A stretch of 64,000 bases of DNA from an uncultured delta proteobacterium (GTDB taxonomy: Bacteria; Myxococcota_A; Polyangia; Polyangiales; JAFGIB01). The translations under genes and the position numbers were made by a program. Below the pieces are notes generated by a model. That model was not told the origin of the DNA and did not search any database. It worked only from the letters and a program-made list of their open reading frames with translations. How positions within the stretch are numbered: position 1 is the stretch's first letter; every line of letters begins with the position of its first letter. The stretch spans positions 512,001 through 576,000 of the forward strand of contig CAVZVA010000003.1 of NCBI GenBank assembly GCA_963778655.1, read 5' to 3'. Below, piece by piece: positions 42,020 through 51,840 of this stretch.

Positions 42020-42949
42020 TTACCCTCCGCTCGGAGCGGGCGGGCGCAGCAGCTTCTTGCCCTCGCCCGCGTTGTCGTAGAAGCGCTGGGTGGGGTACGC
42101 GAAATCGATGTCGTCGCGTTGCGCGAACGCGTTCAGGACGTCGATCCAGATGCGCTGGGCCGCATTGCGCCGCTCGCGCGGGTGGCAGATGTAACGCAGG
42201 GTGAGCTGTACCCCCATGTCCACGACCGACACGTAGACCGCGGGCTTCAGGCTGGCGTCCAGCACCAGGAAGTACGCGGTCGCGCGCGGCGCTTGGGCAT
42301 CCTTGGCAACGTCGCCGCCGTCGCCGCTGTCGGCCGACACGATGCGCTCGAGAATCCGCCGAGCTTCCTCCCAGTTGCTCTCGAACGTGACTACGATCGG
42401 CATCTCGTCCCAGATCTGCTCGAACCAGCCCTTGGTGTAATTCGCCACCGGGTCGGTGAAGACCTTGGCGTTCGGAACGTGGATGATGCGACCGGTGCGG
42501 TCGTCGCCGCCGATCCAATTGCCGATCTCCATCACGCTGTGCTGGAACAGACCGAGGTCGACGACATCGCCGCGCAGACCACCGATCTCGATCCGATCGC
42601 CGAGCTCGAACGGGCGGCGCCACAGGATGAAGGCCCAGCCCGCGAGGTTGGTCGCGATGTCCTTGAGCGCGATCGCGATTCCGGCCGAGGCCAAGCCCGC
42701 GAAGGTGGCGACGGCTTGCAGGCCGCGCAGCCAGATGACGCCGAGCGCGATCAGGCATACCGTGCCCACGAAGTAGGCCGATCCGCGCCGCAACCGGTAG
42801 CGCGTCGTGGGCGCGGTCCCACGCCGGCGCAACGCCCACAACAGCAGCCAGCGGACGGCCACCAGCGAGCCGACGAACAGCAGCGAGGAGGTCAGGCGCT
42901 GCGCCGTCTCCGCGTCGATCCCGGCCATCGCCTGCAGCCACCCATTCAC
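42020..42949 (-). CDS. MscS-family mechanosensitive channel
   Basis: GIAIALKDIATNLAGWAFILWRRPFELGDRI, TGRIIHVPN, DIDFAYPTQR. Confidence 0.9.
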   Translation of the reverse strand: MNGWLQAMAGIDAETAQRLTSSLLFVGSLVAVRWLLLWALRRRGTAPTTRYRLRRGSAYFVGTVCLIALGVIWLRGLQAVATFAGLASAGIAIALKDIATNLAGWAFILWRRPFELGDRIEIGGLRGDVVDLGLFQHSVMEIGNWIGGDDRTGRIIHVPNAKVFTDPVANYTKGWFEQIWDEMPIVVTFESNWEEARRILERIVSADSGDGGDVAKDAQAPRATAYFLVLDASLKPAVYVSVVDMGVQLTLRYICHPRERRNAAQRIWIDVLNAFAQRDDIDFAYPTQRFYDNAGEGKKLLRPPAPSGG

Positions 42950-43031
42950 GACTGTCCACGCCTCTGACTCGTGCACAGCAATTAGGCCACGCCGCCCGGC
43001 CGCGACCCAAGTTTGCCGCAAGCGATCGTCG

Positions 43032-43154
43032 ATGAGCGGGTACAACGAGCAGGACGCGATCGGCCGCTTCGTGGGCAGGGGCATGGCAGGCTTCATCCAG
43101 AAGCCATTCACGCTCGCAGAGCTGCAACAGCGTCTGGCGGAGCCAATGCCTTGA
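43032..43154 (+). pseudogene. C-terminal fragment of a response-regulator receiver domain
   Basis: MSGYNEQDAIGRFVGRGMAGFIQKPFTLAEL; the N-terminal half with the phospho-acceptor Asp is absent. Confidence 0.65.
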
Positions 43155-43199
43155 GTATCGGGAGGGGCGGGGCGGCCCGTCGCGGACGTGCCCGACGCC

Positions 43200-43703
43200 T
43201 CAACCGCGATTGCGCCGGCGGTCCGGGTTGTGCACGGTTGGGGTCCTCTCGTCGGTGGGCCACACGCCACTGGAGCGGCCGACCAGCGGGCGCTGCGTGG
43301 GCAGGCCCTCGAACGCGACGCTCATACCCGACAGGCCGCGCACCACGCGTGAGACCACACGCGCAGGGAAGGTGTACTCGAGCGGGCGGCGCGCGTCGCG
43401 CACGTGCAGCAGCAGCCGCTGGCCCAGCACCGGCGGCTCGGTCGCGACCAGCGCGAGCCCGCCGGCGGCGGCGTTGTGCACGGTGCAGGGCTGAAAGCGC
43501 CCCGCGTGCACGTACTCGGCCGGCATCGGCTCGGGCAGCAGCGTGTAGGGATCGCGATCGTCGAGCGGCGGCACGCCCGGAGCGAGCTGCTGGCCGAGGC
43601 GGTCGAGGCGGGCGGACTCTTCATCGCTGAGCGGAATGCCCAACTCGCGCGCGGTGGAGAGCAGCACGCGGTACTCGAAGATACGCTCCAACTTCTCGGC
43701 CAT
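43200..43703 (-). CDS. PilZ-like domain protein (degenerate motifs)
   Basis: HNAAAGGLAL...LGQRLLL...YTFPARVV; the RxxxR motif is not intact. Confidence 0.6.
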   Translation of the reverse strand: MAEKLERIFEYRVLLSTARELGIPLSDEESARLDRLGQQLAPGVPPLDDRDPYTLLPEPMPAEYVHAGRFQPCTVHNAAAGGLALVATEPPVLGQRLLLHVRDARRPLEYTFPARVVSRVVRGLSGMSVAFEGLPTQRPLVGRSSGVWPTDERTPTVHNPDRRRNRG

Positions 43704-43850
43704 GCCCACCTGCTCCAAGGGGCCCACTCTCGCCCCCCAACCGCGGAGAGTGTCCTACACTGTGGTAGTAGGTAATAAGCACAGCGGACTCGGGAAGGCA
43801 AGAGGACAGGCTTGCGGGACGACGCTGAACGTACGTATAGATCGGACATC

Positions 43851-45164
<1,314 letters not shown>

Positions 45165-45190
45165 GCCCACGGGGCCATTCGAAGAATACA

Positions 45191-45239
45191 ACAGGAAGGC
45201 GGGAAGCACGGACAGAGCCGGTTCTTCCCGTCTTCCTGT
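45191..45239. repeat. REP-like palindrome, family A copy 1
   Basis: ACAGGAAGGCGGGAAG...CTTCCCGTCTTCCTGT between convergent genes. Confidence 0.75.
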
Positions 45240-45268
45240 CAATCTCCGGGCAGCGCTCAGCAGACGGC

Positions 45269-46327
45269 TCACTCGAAGAACAGCACCTCGCGCTCGCCGT
45301 GCAGCGCGACCAGCGATTCGATGTGCGAGAGCAAGGTCTGGCGGCGATCGAATAGATCGGCGATCTGGCGCTCGCTGAGCAGGCGCGGCCCTTCCGGATC
45401 CTCGGCCAGCTCGCGCTGCAGGCATTGGCGGCTGAAGCTCCGCAACTTCAGGTAGAACGCGCGCGAGAAGCGCTCGCAGCGCAGCACATACCCCAGCAGC
45501 TTGCGGTGCAGCGCCTCGCCCATCGGCTCCGGAAACGCCTGGTCGTGGTCGCGCACGTAGACGAAGCGGCCCTGCGCGTCGCCCGCCACGTTGTCGCCGC
45601 TCCAGCGGTCGAAGTTGCCGATCAGGTAGTCGAACGCGAGCATGCGGCTGAGTGAGGCGGCAAGGCTACGCCGGGCCTCGGGCAGATCGCCGCCCACCCG
45701 TAGCCATTGTGCCGCTTTGCGCAGACCACTCTGCTTGTCCACCCCGACGTCCGCGAGCTCGGGGATCCAGTAGATCGCGGCCCCCAGCACCGCCCCGCCG
45801 TCGCCCACGCGCATGCGCTTCTCGATCTCGGGCCAACGCGTTTCATAGCGCGGCTCGAGCCGGGCGCGCAGCACCTCGAGCGCGATGCGGCGCGAGATCG
45901 CGGGCGGCACGTCGTCGAGGCCGAGACAGCGCGACACGCGATAGGCGGCGACCTCCGAGGCAGGCCCGTGCGGGCGGTGGGCGGTGGGCGCCTTGAAGGC
46001 GGCGTCGACCGTGCCCTTGAGGCGCGCGTGAAAGACCGTCGAGGTCGAGCCCACCGGCTTGAACGACAGCGGCTCGGCGCTGGCGAGCGCGCGCAGCAGG
46101 TCGTCCTGCAGCAGCTCGGTACCGGCGAAGCGCAAGGGCGGTGCGGCCGGTGCGGGCGCGGGCGCCTGCGCGGCCGGGGCCGCGACGGGCGGGGCCGGCT
46201 GCGGGGCCGGAGCGGAGGGCGCGGGCTCGCGGTGCGTGGCGGCCCCGGACGGGTCGCAGCCGGAGGCCAGCCCGCAGCCCCACAGCGCGATCAACAGCGC
46301 GACGGCTCTCGGTGTTGCGCGGAGCAC
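45269..46327 (-). CDS. Putative lipoprotein kinase of Fam20C/four-jointed-like fold
   Basis: Lipobox-like LASGC; AAFK, EVAAYRVSRCLGLDDVPP, FDYLIGNFDR..GDN, RDHDQAF. Confidence 0.65.
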   Translation of the reverse strand: MLRATPRAVALLIALWGCGLASGCDPSGAATHREPAPSAPAPQPAPPVAAPAAQAPAPAPAAPPLRFAGTELLQDDLLRALASAEPLSFKPVGSTSTVFHARLKGTVDAAFKAPTAHRPHGPASEVAAYRVSRCLGLDDVPPAISRRIALEVLRARLEPRYETRWPEIEKRMRVGDGGAVLGAAIYWIPELADVGVDKQSGLRKAAQWLRVGGDLPEARRSLAASLSRMLAFDYLIGNFDRWSGDNVAGDAQGRFVYVRDHDQAFPEPMGEALHRKLLGYVLRCERFSRAFYLKLRSFSRQCLQRELAEDPEGPRLLSERQIADLFDRRQTLLSHIESLVALHGEREVLFFE

Positions 46328-46395
46328 GACGGCGCGATCATGCCAAAACCGCGGCCGCACCGAAAGCGCGAGGCGACGCGCGCAAAGCACGCGGC

Positions 46396-46524
46396 TCAGC
46401 GACGTTGTGCCTTGCGCTTGCGTTCGAGCTCGGCACGCGCGGCGCGCGCCCCCATCACGAAGCCGATCGAGATGCCGATCAGCAGCACGCCCGGGATGTA
46501 GAGCAGATGGGCGAGCGTAGGCAC
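46396..46524 (-). CDS. Small single-TM protein (42 aa)
   Basis: GAGG RBS and GTG start; PTLAHLLYIPGVLLIGISIGFVMGARAARAELERKRK. Confidence 0.6.
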   Translation of the reverse strand: MPTLAHLLYIPGVLLIGISIGFVMGARAARAELERKRKAQRR

Positions 46525-46529
46525 GATGG

Positions 46530-46895
46530 CTACCTCGGCGGCTCGGCGCCACTCGAGAGCGCCCGCCCGAGCCGCGCGAGCTCGCTCTGCGTGCGCTGCT
46601 GCAGGCGCACGAGCCTGATCAGGTAGAGCAGCACCAGCAGCCAGATCACACCGTACGCAGCGACCAGCAGCGGGCCGCCCGGCACGTGCTCCTTGGTCGC
46701 TCCCTGCACCGCCTGAAAGCTCTGGGCGCGCTCCTGCGCCGCGTCCTGCGGCGCGCCATCCTGCGCGCGTGCCGGCGCCGCCAGCCCGGCCACGGCCAGG
46801 CCTGCGGTGGCGGCGCACGCGGCCGCTGCCGCGACGCGAGCCGCAGCACGACGCGCGCGGGGCCGCCGCTGGCGGCCGGTTCTCGGGCTATCCAT
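46530..46895 (-). CDS. ccmD: CcmD-family heme exporter protein with N-terminal extension
   Basis: LVAAYGVIWLLVLLYLIRL..LQQR...EL; start overlaps the ccmC stop. Confidence 0.7.
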   Translation of the reverse strand: MDSPRTGRQRRPRARRAAARVAAAAACAATAGLAVAGLAAPARAQDGAPQDAAQERAQSFQAVQGATKEHVPGGPLLVAAYGVIWLLVLLYLIRLVRLQQRTQSELARLGRALSSGAEPPR

Positions 46896-47611
46896 CAGTC
46901 TTCCTCCAGCAGGCCGCGCTCGGCGGCCTCCAGCTCGAGCGCGGCCAGACCCTGGCGCATGCGCTCGGCCCGCGCGCGCACCCAGATCAGGGCGCCCGCC
47001 AGCAGCAGGATCAGCGCGAAGCCGAGCACGAGCGCAGGCTTCATCTCCGGGGCAATACCGCCGCCCTTGCCGGTGATCACGGTCGGGTGTGTTCCGCGCC
47101 AGCGCTGCACGCTGTACTTGATCACCGGAATGTCGAGCAGGCCGACCACGGCGAGGCCGGCGGCGAAGCGCTTCTCTACCTCGCCCAGCGTGCCGAACGA
47201 GCGCAGCACCAGATAGGCGAGAAAGATCATCGCCTCGAGCAGCGTGCTGGTCAGACGCGGATCCCAGGTCCAGAACACGCCCCAGGCCTTGTGCGCCCAG
47301 AGCGGCCCGCTGATCAACACGGCCAGGCAGAACAGCATGCCCACCTCGGCGGCGGCGATCGCCACCGCGTCCCAGCGGTCGTCGCGCTTGGCCAGGTACA
47401 CCGCGCTGCATACCGAGCAGGTAGCGAAAGCCACCTCCATCGCGATCGCGCACGGCACATGGAAGTAGAAGATCTTCTGCACGATGCCCATCTGGCGCTC
47501 GATCGGCGCTACGATGAAGATCGCGTAGAGGGCGGCCGGCACCAGCAGCACGCAGGCGCCGAGCAAGGCGAGCAGCGGCGTGGGCGTGCGGGATGCGTCG
47601 GCTTGGTCCAA
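46895..47611 (-). CDS. ccmC: Cytochrome c biogenesis protein CcmC
   Basis: QKIFYFHVP, GPLWAHKAWGVFWTWDPRLTS (WWD motif), SVQRWRGTHP. Confidence 0.92.
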   Translation of the reverse strand: MDQADASRTPTPLLALLGACVLLVPAALYAIFIVAPIERQMGIVQKIFYFHVPCAIAMEVAFATCSVCSAVYLAKRDDRWDAVAIAAAEVGMLFCLAVLISGPLWAHKAWGVFWTWDPRLTSTLLEAMIFLAYLVLRSFGTLGEVEKRFAAGLAVVGLLDIPVIKYSVQRWRGTHPTVITGKGGGIAPEMKPALVLGFALILLLAGALIWVRARAERMRQGLAALELEAAERGLLEED

Positions 47612-47681
47612 GATGGCCCCGGTGCTGGATGTACGGGCGGAGGGCAGCGCGCGCCGCCAGTCGCTGGCTGTTCTAGCCTCG

Positions 47682-48872
47682 ATGCGCACCTACCGCAACG
47701 CCCGCGAATCGCTCGCGCCGCCGCCCGAGAGCCTGCTCGAGCTGCTGGACGCGCTCGCTCGAGAGCGCCTCGGCGGCGACGACCTGCGCGGGGAGGCGCT
47801 GGCGCGCGCGGTGCAGCGCGTGAGCCGCGCGTACCTGCGGCAAGGCGCCGCACCGGCCGAGCTGAGCGGCGACCCGCGAGCGCTGTGCGCGCGGCTGAAG
47901 TTCTTCCTGCCGCGCGACTGGCCCAAGGTCACGGCGCCGCTCGCCGAGCTGGCGGCGACCGGCGCGCTGCCGGCAGCCCCGAGCTTGCGCGTGCTCGACC
48001 TCGGCGCGGGGCTGCTCGCGACCGGTCTGGCCGCGGCGCGCTTCGCGCTCGATGCGGGTGCCGCGCGGGTACGCATCGACGCCGTGGAGCGCGACGGCCG
48101 TGCCCTCGAGCTGGGCACGGAGCTGGGGCAGCGTCTGGCGCGGGCCGAGCGGCTCGCACTCGAGCTGCGCCCGCGCCAGGCCGCGCTGACGCCGGGATTG
48201 CTGCAGCGACTCGACCCCCCCTACGATTTGATCCTGCTCGGCTTCGTGCTCAACGAGCTGGCCCAGGGCGAGCCCGACCCGGCCGCACAGCATGCGGGCT
48301 GGCTGACGCGCCTCGCGCCGCTGCTGAGCGACGACGGCGCGATCGTGGTGCTGGAGCCCGCGCTACGCGCCCACAGCCGCGCCCTGCAGCAAGCGCGAGG
48401 CCTGCTCGCGAGCGCCGCCGGACCGCCCTTCGTGTTCGCGCCGTGCCTGCATCGCGAGGCCTGCCCGCTGCTCGCGCGCGAGCGCGACTGGTGCCACGAG
48501 CAGCTGGCCCTGCCGCTGCCAGCCCCGGTCGCGCAGCTGGCGCGCGCGGCCGGCCTGCGCGGCAGCGATCTCACCTTCAGCTATCTCACGCTGCACCACC
48601 AGCCCCGCTCGCTGGCCGAGCTCGGCGCAGGCGCGCGGCTGCTGCGGATGGTCAGCTCGCCGCTGCCCACCAAGGGCAAGCTCGAGCTGATGGTGTGCGG
48701 GGCCGGCCCGGCGCGCCGCCTGCGCCGCCTGGACCGGGCGCGCAGCGAGGCCAATCAGGCGCTCGAGGCCGCGGCGCGCGGGACGCTGCTGGCGCTCGAC
48801 GGCGAGGCAGGCAGGGACGGCGAGGAAGTCGCCGAAATCGGGCGCCAGACGCACGTCGAGCGCGTGCTTTGA
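47682..48872 (+). CDS. Rsm22-like SAM-dependent methyltransferase
   Basis: VLDLGAG, FVLNEL, VLEPALR, APCLHREACP...DWCH, FSYL. Confidence 0.8.
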   Translation: MRTYRNARESLAPPPESLLELLDALARERLGGDDLRGEALARAVQRVSRAYLRQGAAPAELSGDPRALCARLKFFLPRDWPKVTAPLAELAATGALPAAPSLRVLDLGAGLLATGLAAARFALDAGAARVRIDAVERDGRALELGTELGQRLARAERLALELRPRQAALTPGLLQRLDPPYDLILLGFVLNELAQGEPDPAAQHAGWLTRLAPLLSDDGAIVVLEPALRAHSRALQQARGLLASAAGPPFVFAPCLHREACPLLARERDWCHEQLALPLPAPVAQLARAAGLRGSDLTFSYLTLHHQPRSLAELGAGARLLRMVSSPLPTKGKLELMVCGAGPARRLRRLDRARSEANQALEAAARGTLLALDGEAGRDGEEVAEIGRQTHVERVL

Positions 48873-48954
48873 GCCACGCGCCCGGCGGCGGCGGCCGCGG
48901 CCAGCGCGAACGCGTGGGCCAGCGCGACGGTCTGTGCTAAAGGCGAGGCCGGAA

Positions 48955-49905
48955 ATGGCCTTCCAGCTCAGCGATCTGCGTTTCGTGGTCGTCGTCGGCA
49001 AGGGCGGCGTGGGCAAGTCGGCGGTCAGTGCCGCGCTGGCGCTCTCGCTCGCGGGCCAGGGCCGCCGCACGCTGGTCGCGATGTGCAACGCCAAGGAGCG
49101 CCTCAGCCACCTGCTCGAGGTGAAGCCGATCGGCCCGCAGATCCAGCCGATCGCGCCGGGCATCGACGCCGTCAACATGGAGCCGGGCGCTGCGCTGGAA
49201 GAGTACGGCATGATGGTGCTCAAGCTGCGCGCGCTCTACAAGCTGATCTTCGAGAACCGCTTGGTCGCGGGATTCCTGCGCGGGACGCCCGGGATCGAAG
49301 CCTGGGCGATGCTGGGCAAGGCGCAGTTTCACGCCTTCGAGCGGCTGCCCGACGGGCGGCCGCGCTACGACACCGTGATCGTGGACGCCCCGGCCACCGG
49401 CCACGGGCTGGAGCTGCTGCGCGTGCCCAAAGTGATCATGGACGTGGTGCCGCCCGGCCTGCTGCGCCGCGAAGCAGAGCGCGCCTGGGACCTGTTCACC
49501 GATCCGGCGCGCGCCGGCGTGCTGATCGTCAGCACGCCCGAGGACTTGCCCACCAACGAGGCGAGCGATCTGTATCGCGCGCTGCGCGAGGAGCTGGGCC
49601 TGCCGGTTTGCGGGCTCGCGGTCAACATGGTGCTGCCGCGGCTGTTCTCGCCCGAGCAGGCCGGAGCGCTGAGCGCGCTGCAACGGCGCGTGGAGGCGGG
49701 CTCGCCGTGGCATCCGTGGGTGGCGGCGAGCCACGGCCGGCTGCTGCACGAGCGCGCGCAGGCCGAGCACCTCGCGCGCCTGCGCCAGAGCATTCCGGTC
49801 CCGAGCTACGAGCTGCCGATGCTGTTCAGCCGCGACCTGCGCCGCGCCGAGGTCGAGCAGCTCGCAGACCACCTGCAGGCGCCGGTCGACGACCGAGGAT
49901 CTTGA
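48955..49905 (+). CDS. ArsA/Get3-like ATPase (single domain)
   Basis: GKGGVGKS, TPGIE....LGK, VIVDAPATGHG, TPEDLPTNE. Confidence 0.85.
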   Translation: MAFQLSDLRFVVVVGKGGVGKSAVSAALALSLAGQGRRTLVAMCNAKERLSHLLEVKPIGPQIQPIAPGIDAVNMEPGAALEEYGMMVLKLRALYKLIFENRLVAGFLRGTPGIEAWAMLGKAQFHAFERLPDGRPRYDTVIVDAPATGHGLELLRVPKVIMDVVPPGLLRREAERAWDLFTDPARAGVLIVSTPEDLPTNEASDLYRALREELGLPVCGLAVNMVLPRLFSPEQAGALSALQRRVEAGSPWHPWVAASHGRLLHERAQAEHLARLRQSIPVPSYELPMLFSRDLRRAEVEQLADHLQAPVDDRGS

Positions 49906-49911
49906 TTCAGA

Positions 49912-49981
49912 CAACGGGAAGACACGAAGACGGGAAGCCCACAACGGGTGTTCCTCTTCGCGTCTTCCCGTCTTCCTGTTG
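49912..49981. repeat. REP-like palindrome, family A copy 2
   Basis: CAACGGGAAGACACGAAGACGGGAAG...CTTCGCGTCTTCCCGTCTTCCTGTTG. Confidence 0.75.
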
Positions 49982-49995
49982 CATCTTCCTGCCCG

Positions 49996-50541
49996 TTAGC
50001 GGCGCATCTTGGTGGCGTTGAGCGTCGTGACGTAGGTGCCGTGCGGCCAGTGGCGGTAGTAGTCGGCCTTCAGGATCGGGCCGCCGCGGTCGTCGTAGTC
50101 GGTGGTTACGTGGCCGTAGACCTTGAGCAGCGAGCCCGCGTACACGCGATCGCGACCCTCACGGTCTTCGGGCCGCAGCTGCAGCAGCGCGCTGAACGGG
50201 CCGCCCGCTTTCTCGGAGATGGTGACGCGGCACGAGCTGTCGAACTGGTCGGTGCAGAGGTGGCGCGCCTGGTGGAAGTGCAGCGTCAACGCCACCTTGA
50301 CCTGGCCGTCCGCGCCAGTCTTCTGCACGTCGTCGACCACCCCGAACCACGCGATCAGCTCCTGCTGATGGCCGGCAGGGTCGCGCCGCACGTCCTCGTA
50401 GCTCTGGTCGAGGCCCTTCTCCAGGTAGGGCTCCTCGGCCGAGAGCGGGACGTACTGCGGCGCGTATCCGTAGGGATTGCTGGCGCAGGCGCACAGCAGC
50501 AGCGGCAGCGCGATCGACGCGGTCAGGAGCAGGCGGCGCAT
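49996..50541 (-). CDS. Lipoprotein, Slp-like/OB-fold
   Basis: Lipobox LCAC; YEDVRRDP....IAWFGVV, LKVYGHV, PILKADY.RHWP. Confidence 0.65.
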   Translation of the reverse strand: MRRLLLTASIALPLLLCACASNPYGYAPQYVPLSAEEPYLEKGLDQSYEDVRRDPAGHQQELIAWFGVVDDVQKTGADGQVKVALTLHFHQARHLCTDQFDSSCRVTISEKAGGPFSALLQLRPEDREGRDRVYAGSLLKVYGHVTTDYDDRGGPILKADYYRHWPHGTYVTTLNATKMRR

Positions 50542-50616
50542 GGCAGCGAGTTGTACAGCGTCGCGGCGCGCTTTTCGAGGGGGGCCGCGGTGGGGGTCAG
50601 CCGGGTCGAGCAGATT

Positions 50617-50667
50617 CACGGCAAGACGGGAAGAGCAAATTACATCCCGATTTCCCGCCTTGCGGTT
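50617..50667. repeat. REP-like palindrome, family A copy 3 (diverged)
   Basis: CACGGCAAGACGGGAA...TTCCCGCCTTGCGGTT. Confidence 0.6.
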
Positions 50668-50701
50668 GAGCTCGAACGGGCGTGCTGTCAGACGAACGAG
50701 C

Positions 50702-51814
50702 TCAGGCGTGGCGCAGCGAGTCCGCGTCCGGTGACGCCGCGGTTTCGGACGCGCGCGGCTCCTCGAGCAGGCTCTCGGGCGCGCGCACGAAGCGCTCGAG
50801 CTCAGCCGCCACCCGCCGCAGGTAGACCTGCTTGATGTGGAAGGGCAGAAAGGCCGACTTGAAGCCGTTCAGGATGATGCGCGCGATGTCGCGCGGCTCG
50901 AGCCCCATCTGGCTGTGGCACAGCCACAGCTCCCGGCTGGCGGTGGTGTCGGTGATCAAGCGGTTGTCGGTGTTGACCGTGACCCGCACGCCGAGGTCGT
51001 TGTAGAGCTTGAGCGGATGGGTGGACAGCGAGGGCACCGCGCCTGTCTGCACGTTGGACGAGGGGCAGATCTCGAGCGGGATGCGGTGATCGATGATGTA
51101 GTGCAGCAGGTCGCCGTCTTCACGCAGCCGGCAGCCGTGGCCGATGCGATGCGCCCCGCAGACGTGGAGCGCCTGCGCGATCGATTCCGGACCGAAGGCC
51201 TCGCCGGCGTGAATGGTGCACGCGATGTTGTTGTTACGGATGAGCTGAAAGGCGTCCTTGTGGTGCTTGGCCGGGTGGTCGTACTCGGCGCCGGCCAGAT
51301 CGAAGCCGACCACGCCGCGGTTCTTGTACGCCACCGCCAGGCGCGCCATGTCCAGCGACGATTCGGGCGAGATGTTGCGAATCCCGCAAATGATGACGTT
51401 GGATTCGATGCCGTGGTCCTGGTAGGCCTGGCGCAGGCCGGCCAGCACGGCCTCCACCACCGCAACGACCCGCAGGCCCTTACGCACGTGGAGCATGGGC
51501 GAGTAGCGCACCTCCATGTAGCGCACATTCTCGGCTGCGGCGTCCTCGGCCAGCTCGTGCGCGATGCGGTACAGCGCGTCCTCGGTCTGCATCACCGAGA
51601 GCGTGATCTCGAAGGCCTTGAGATACTCGAGCAGCGAGCCGGTGTTCTCGCCGCAGTGCATCGCGCGCCGCAGGCCCTCGGGCGTGTCGGCCGGAAGCCG
51701 CACGCCCTGCTGCTCGGCCAGCTCGAGCATGGTCGGCAGCCGCAGCGATCCGTCCAGGTGTACGTGCAGGTCGGTCTTTGGCAACCGCTGGAATACCGCC
51801 AGAGGGAGCGTCAT
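50702..51814 (-). CDS. add: Adenosine deaminase
   Basis: PKTDLHVHLDGS, GFDLAGAE, TIHAGE, RIGHG, CPSSN, NTDN. Confidence 0.95.
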   Translation of the reverse strand: MTLPLAVFQRLPKTDLHVHLDGSLRLPTMLELAEQQGVRLPADTPEGLRRAMHCGENTGSLLEYLKAFEITLSVMQTEDALYRIAHELAEDAAAENVRYMEVRYSPMLHVRKGLRVVAVVEAVLAGLRQAYQDHGIESNVIICGIRNISPESSLDMARLAVAYKNRGVVGFDLAGAEYDHPAKHHKDAFQLIRNNNIACTIHAGEAFGPESIAQALHVCGAHRIGHGCRLREDGDLLHYIIDHRIPLEICPSSNVQTGAVPSLSTHPLKLYNDLGVRVTVNTDNRLITDTTASRELWLCHSQMGLEPRDIARIILNGFKSAFLPFHIKQVYLRRVAAELERFVRAPESLLEEPRASETAASPDADSLRHA

Positions 51815-51840
51815 CTACCGAGCATAGCGCGCAGGCGCGC

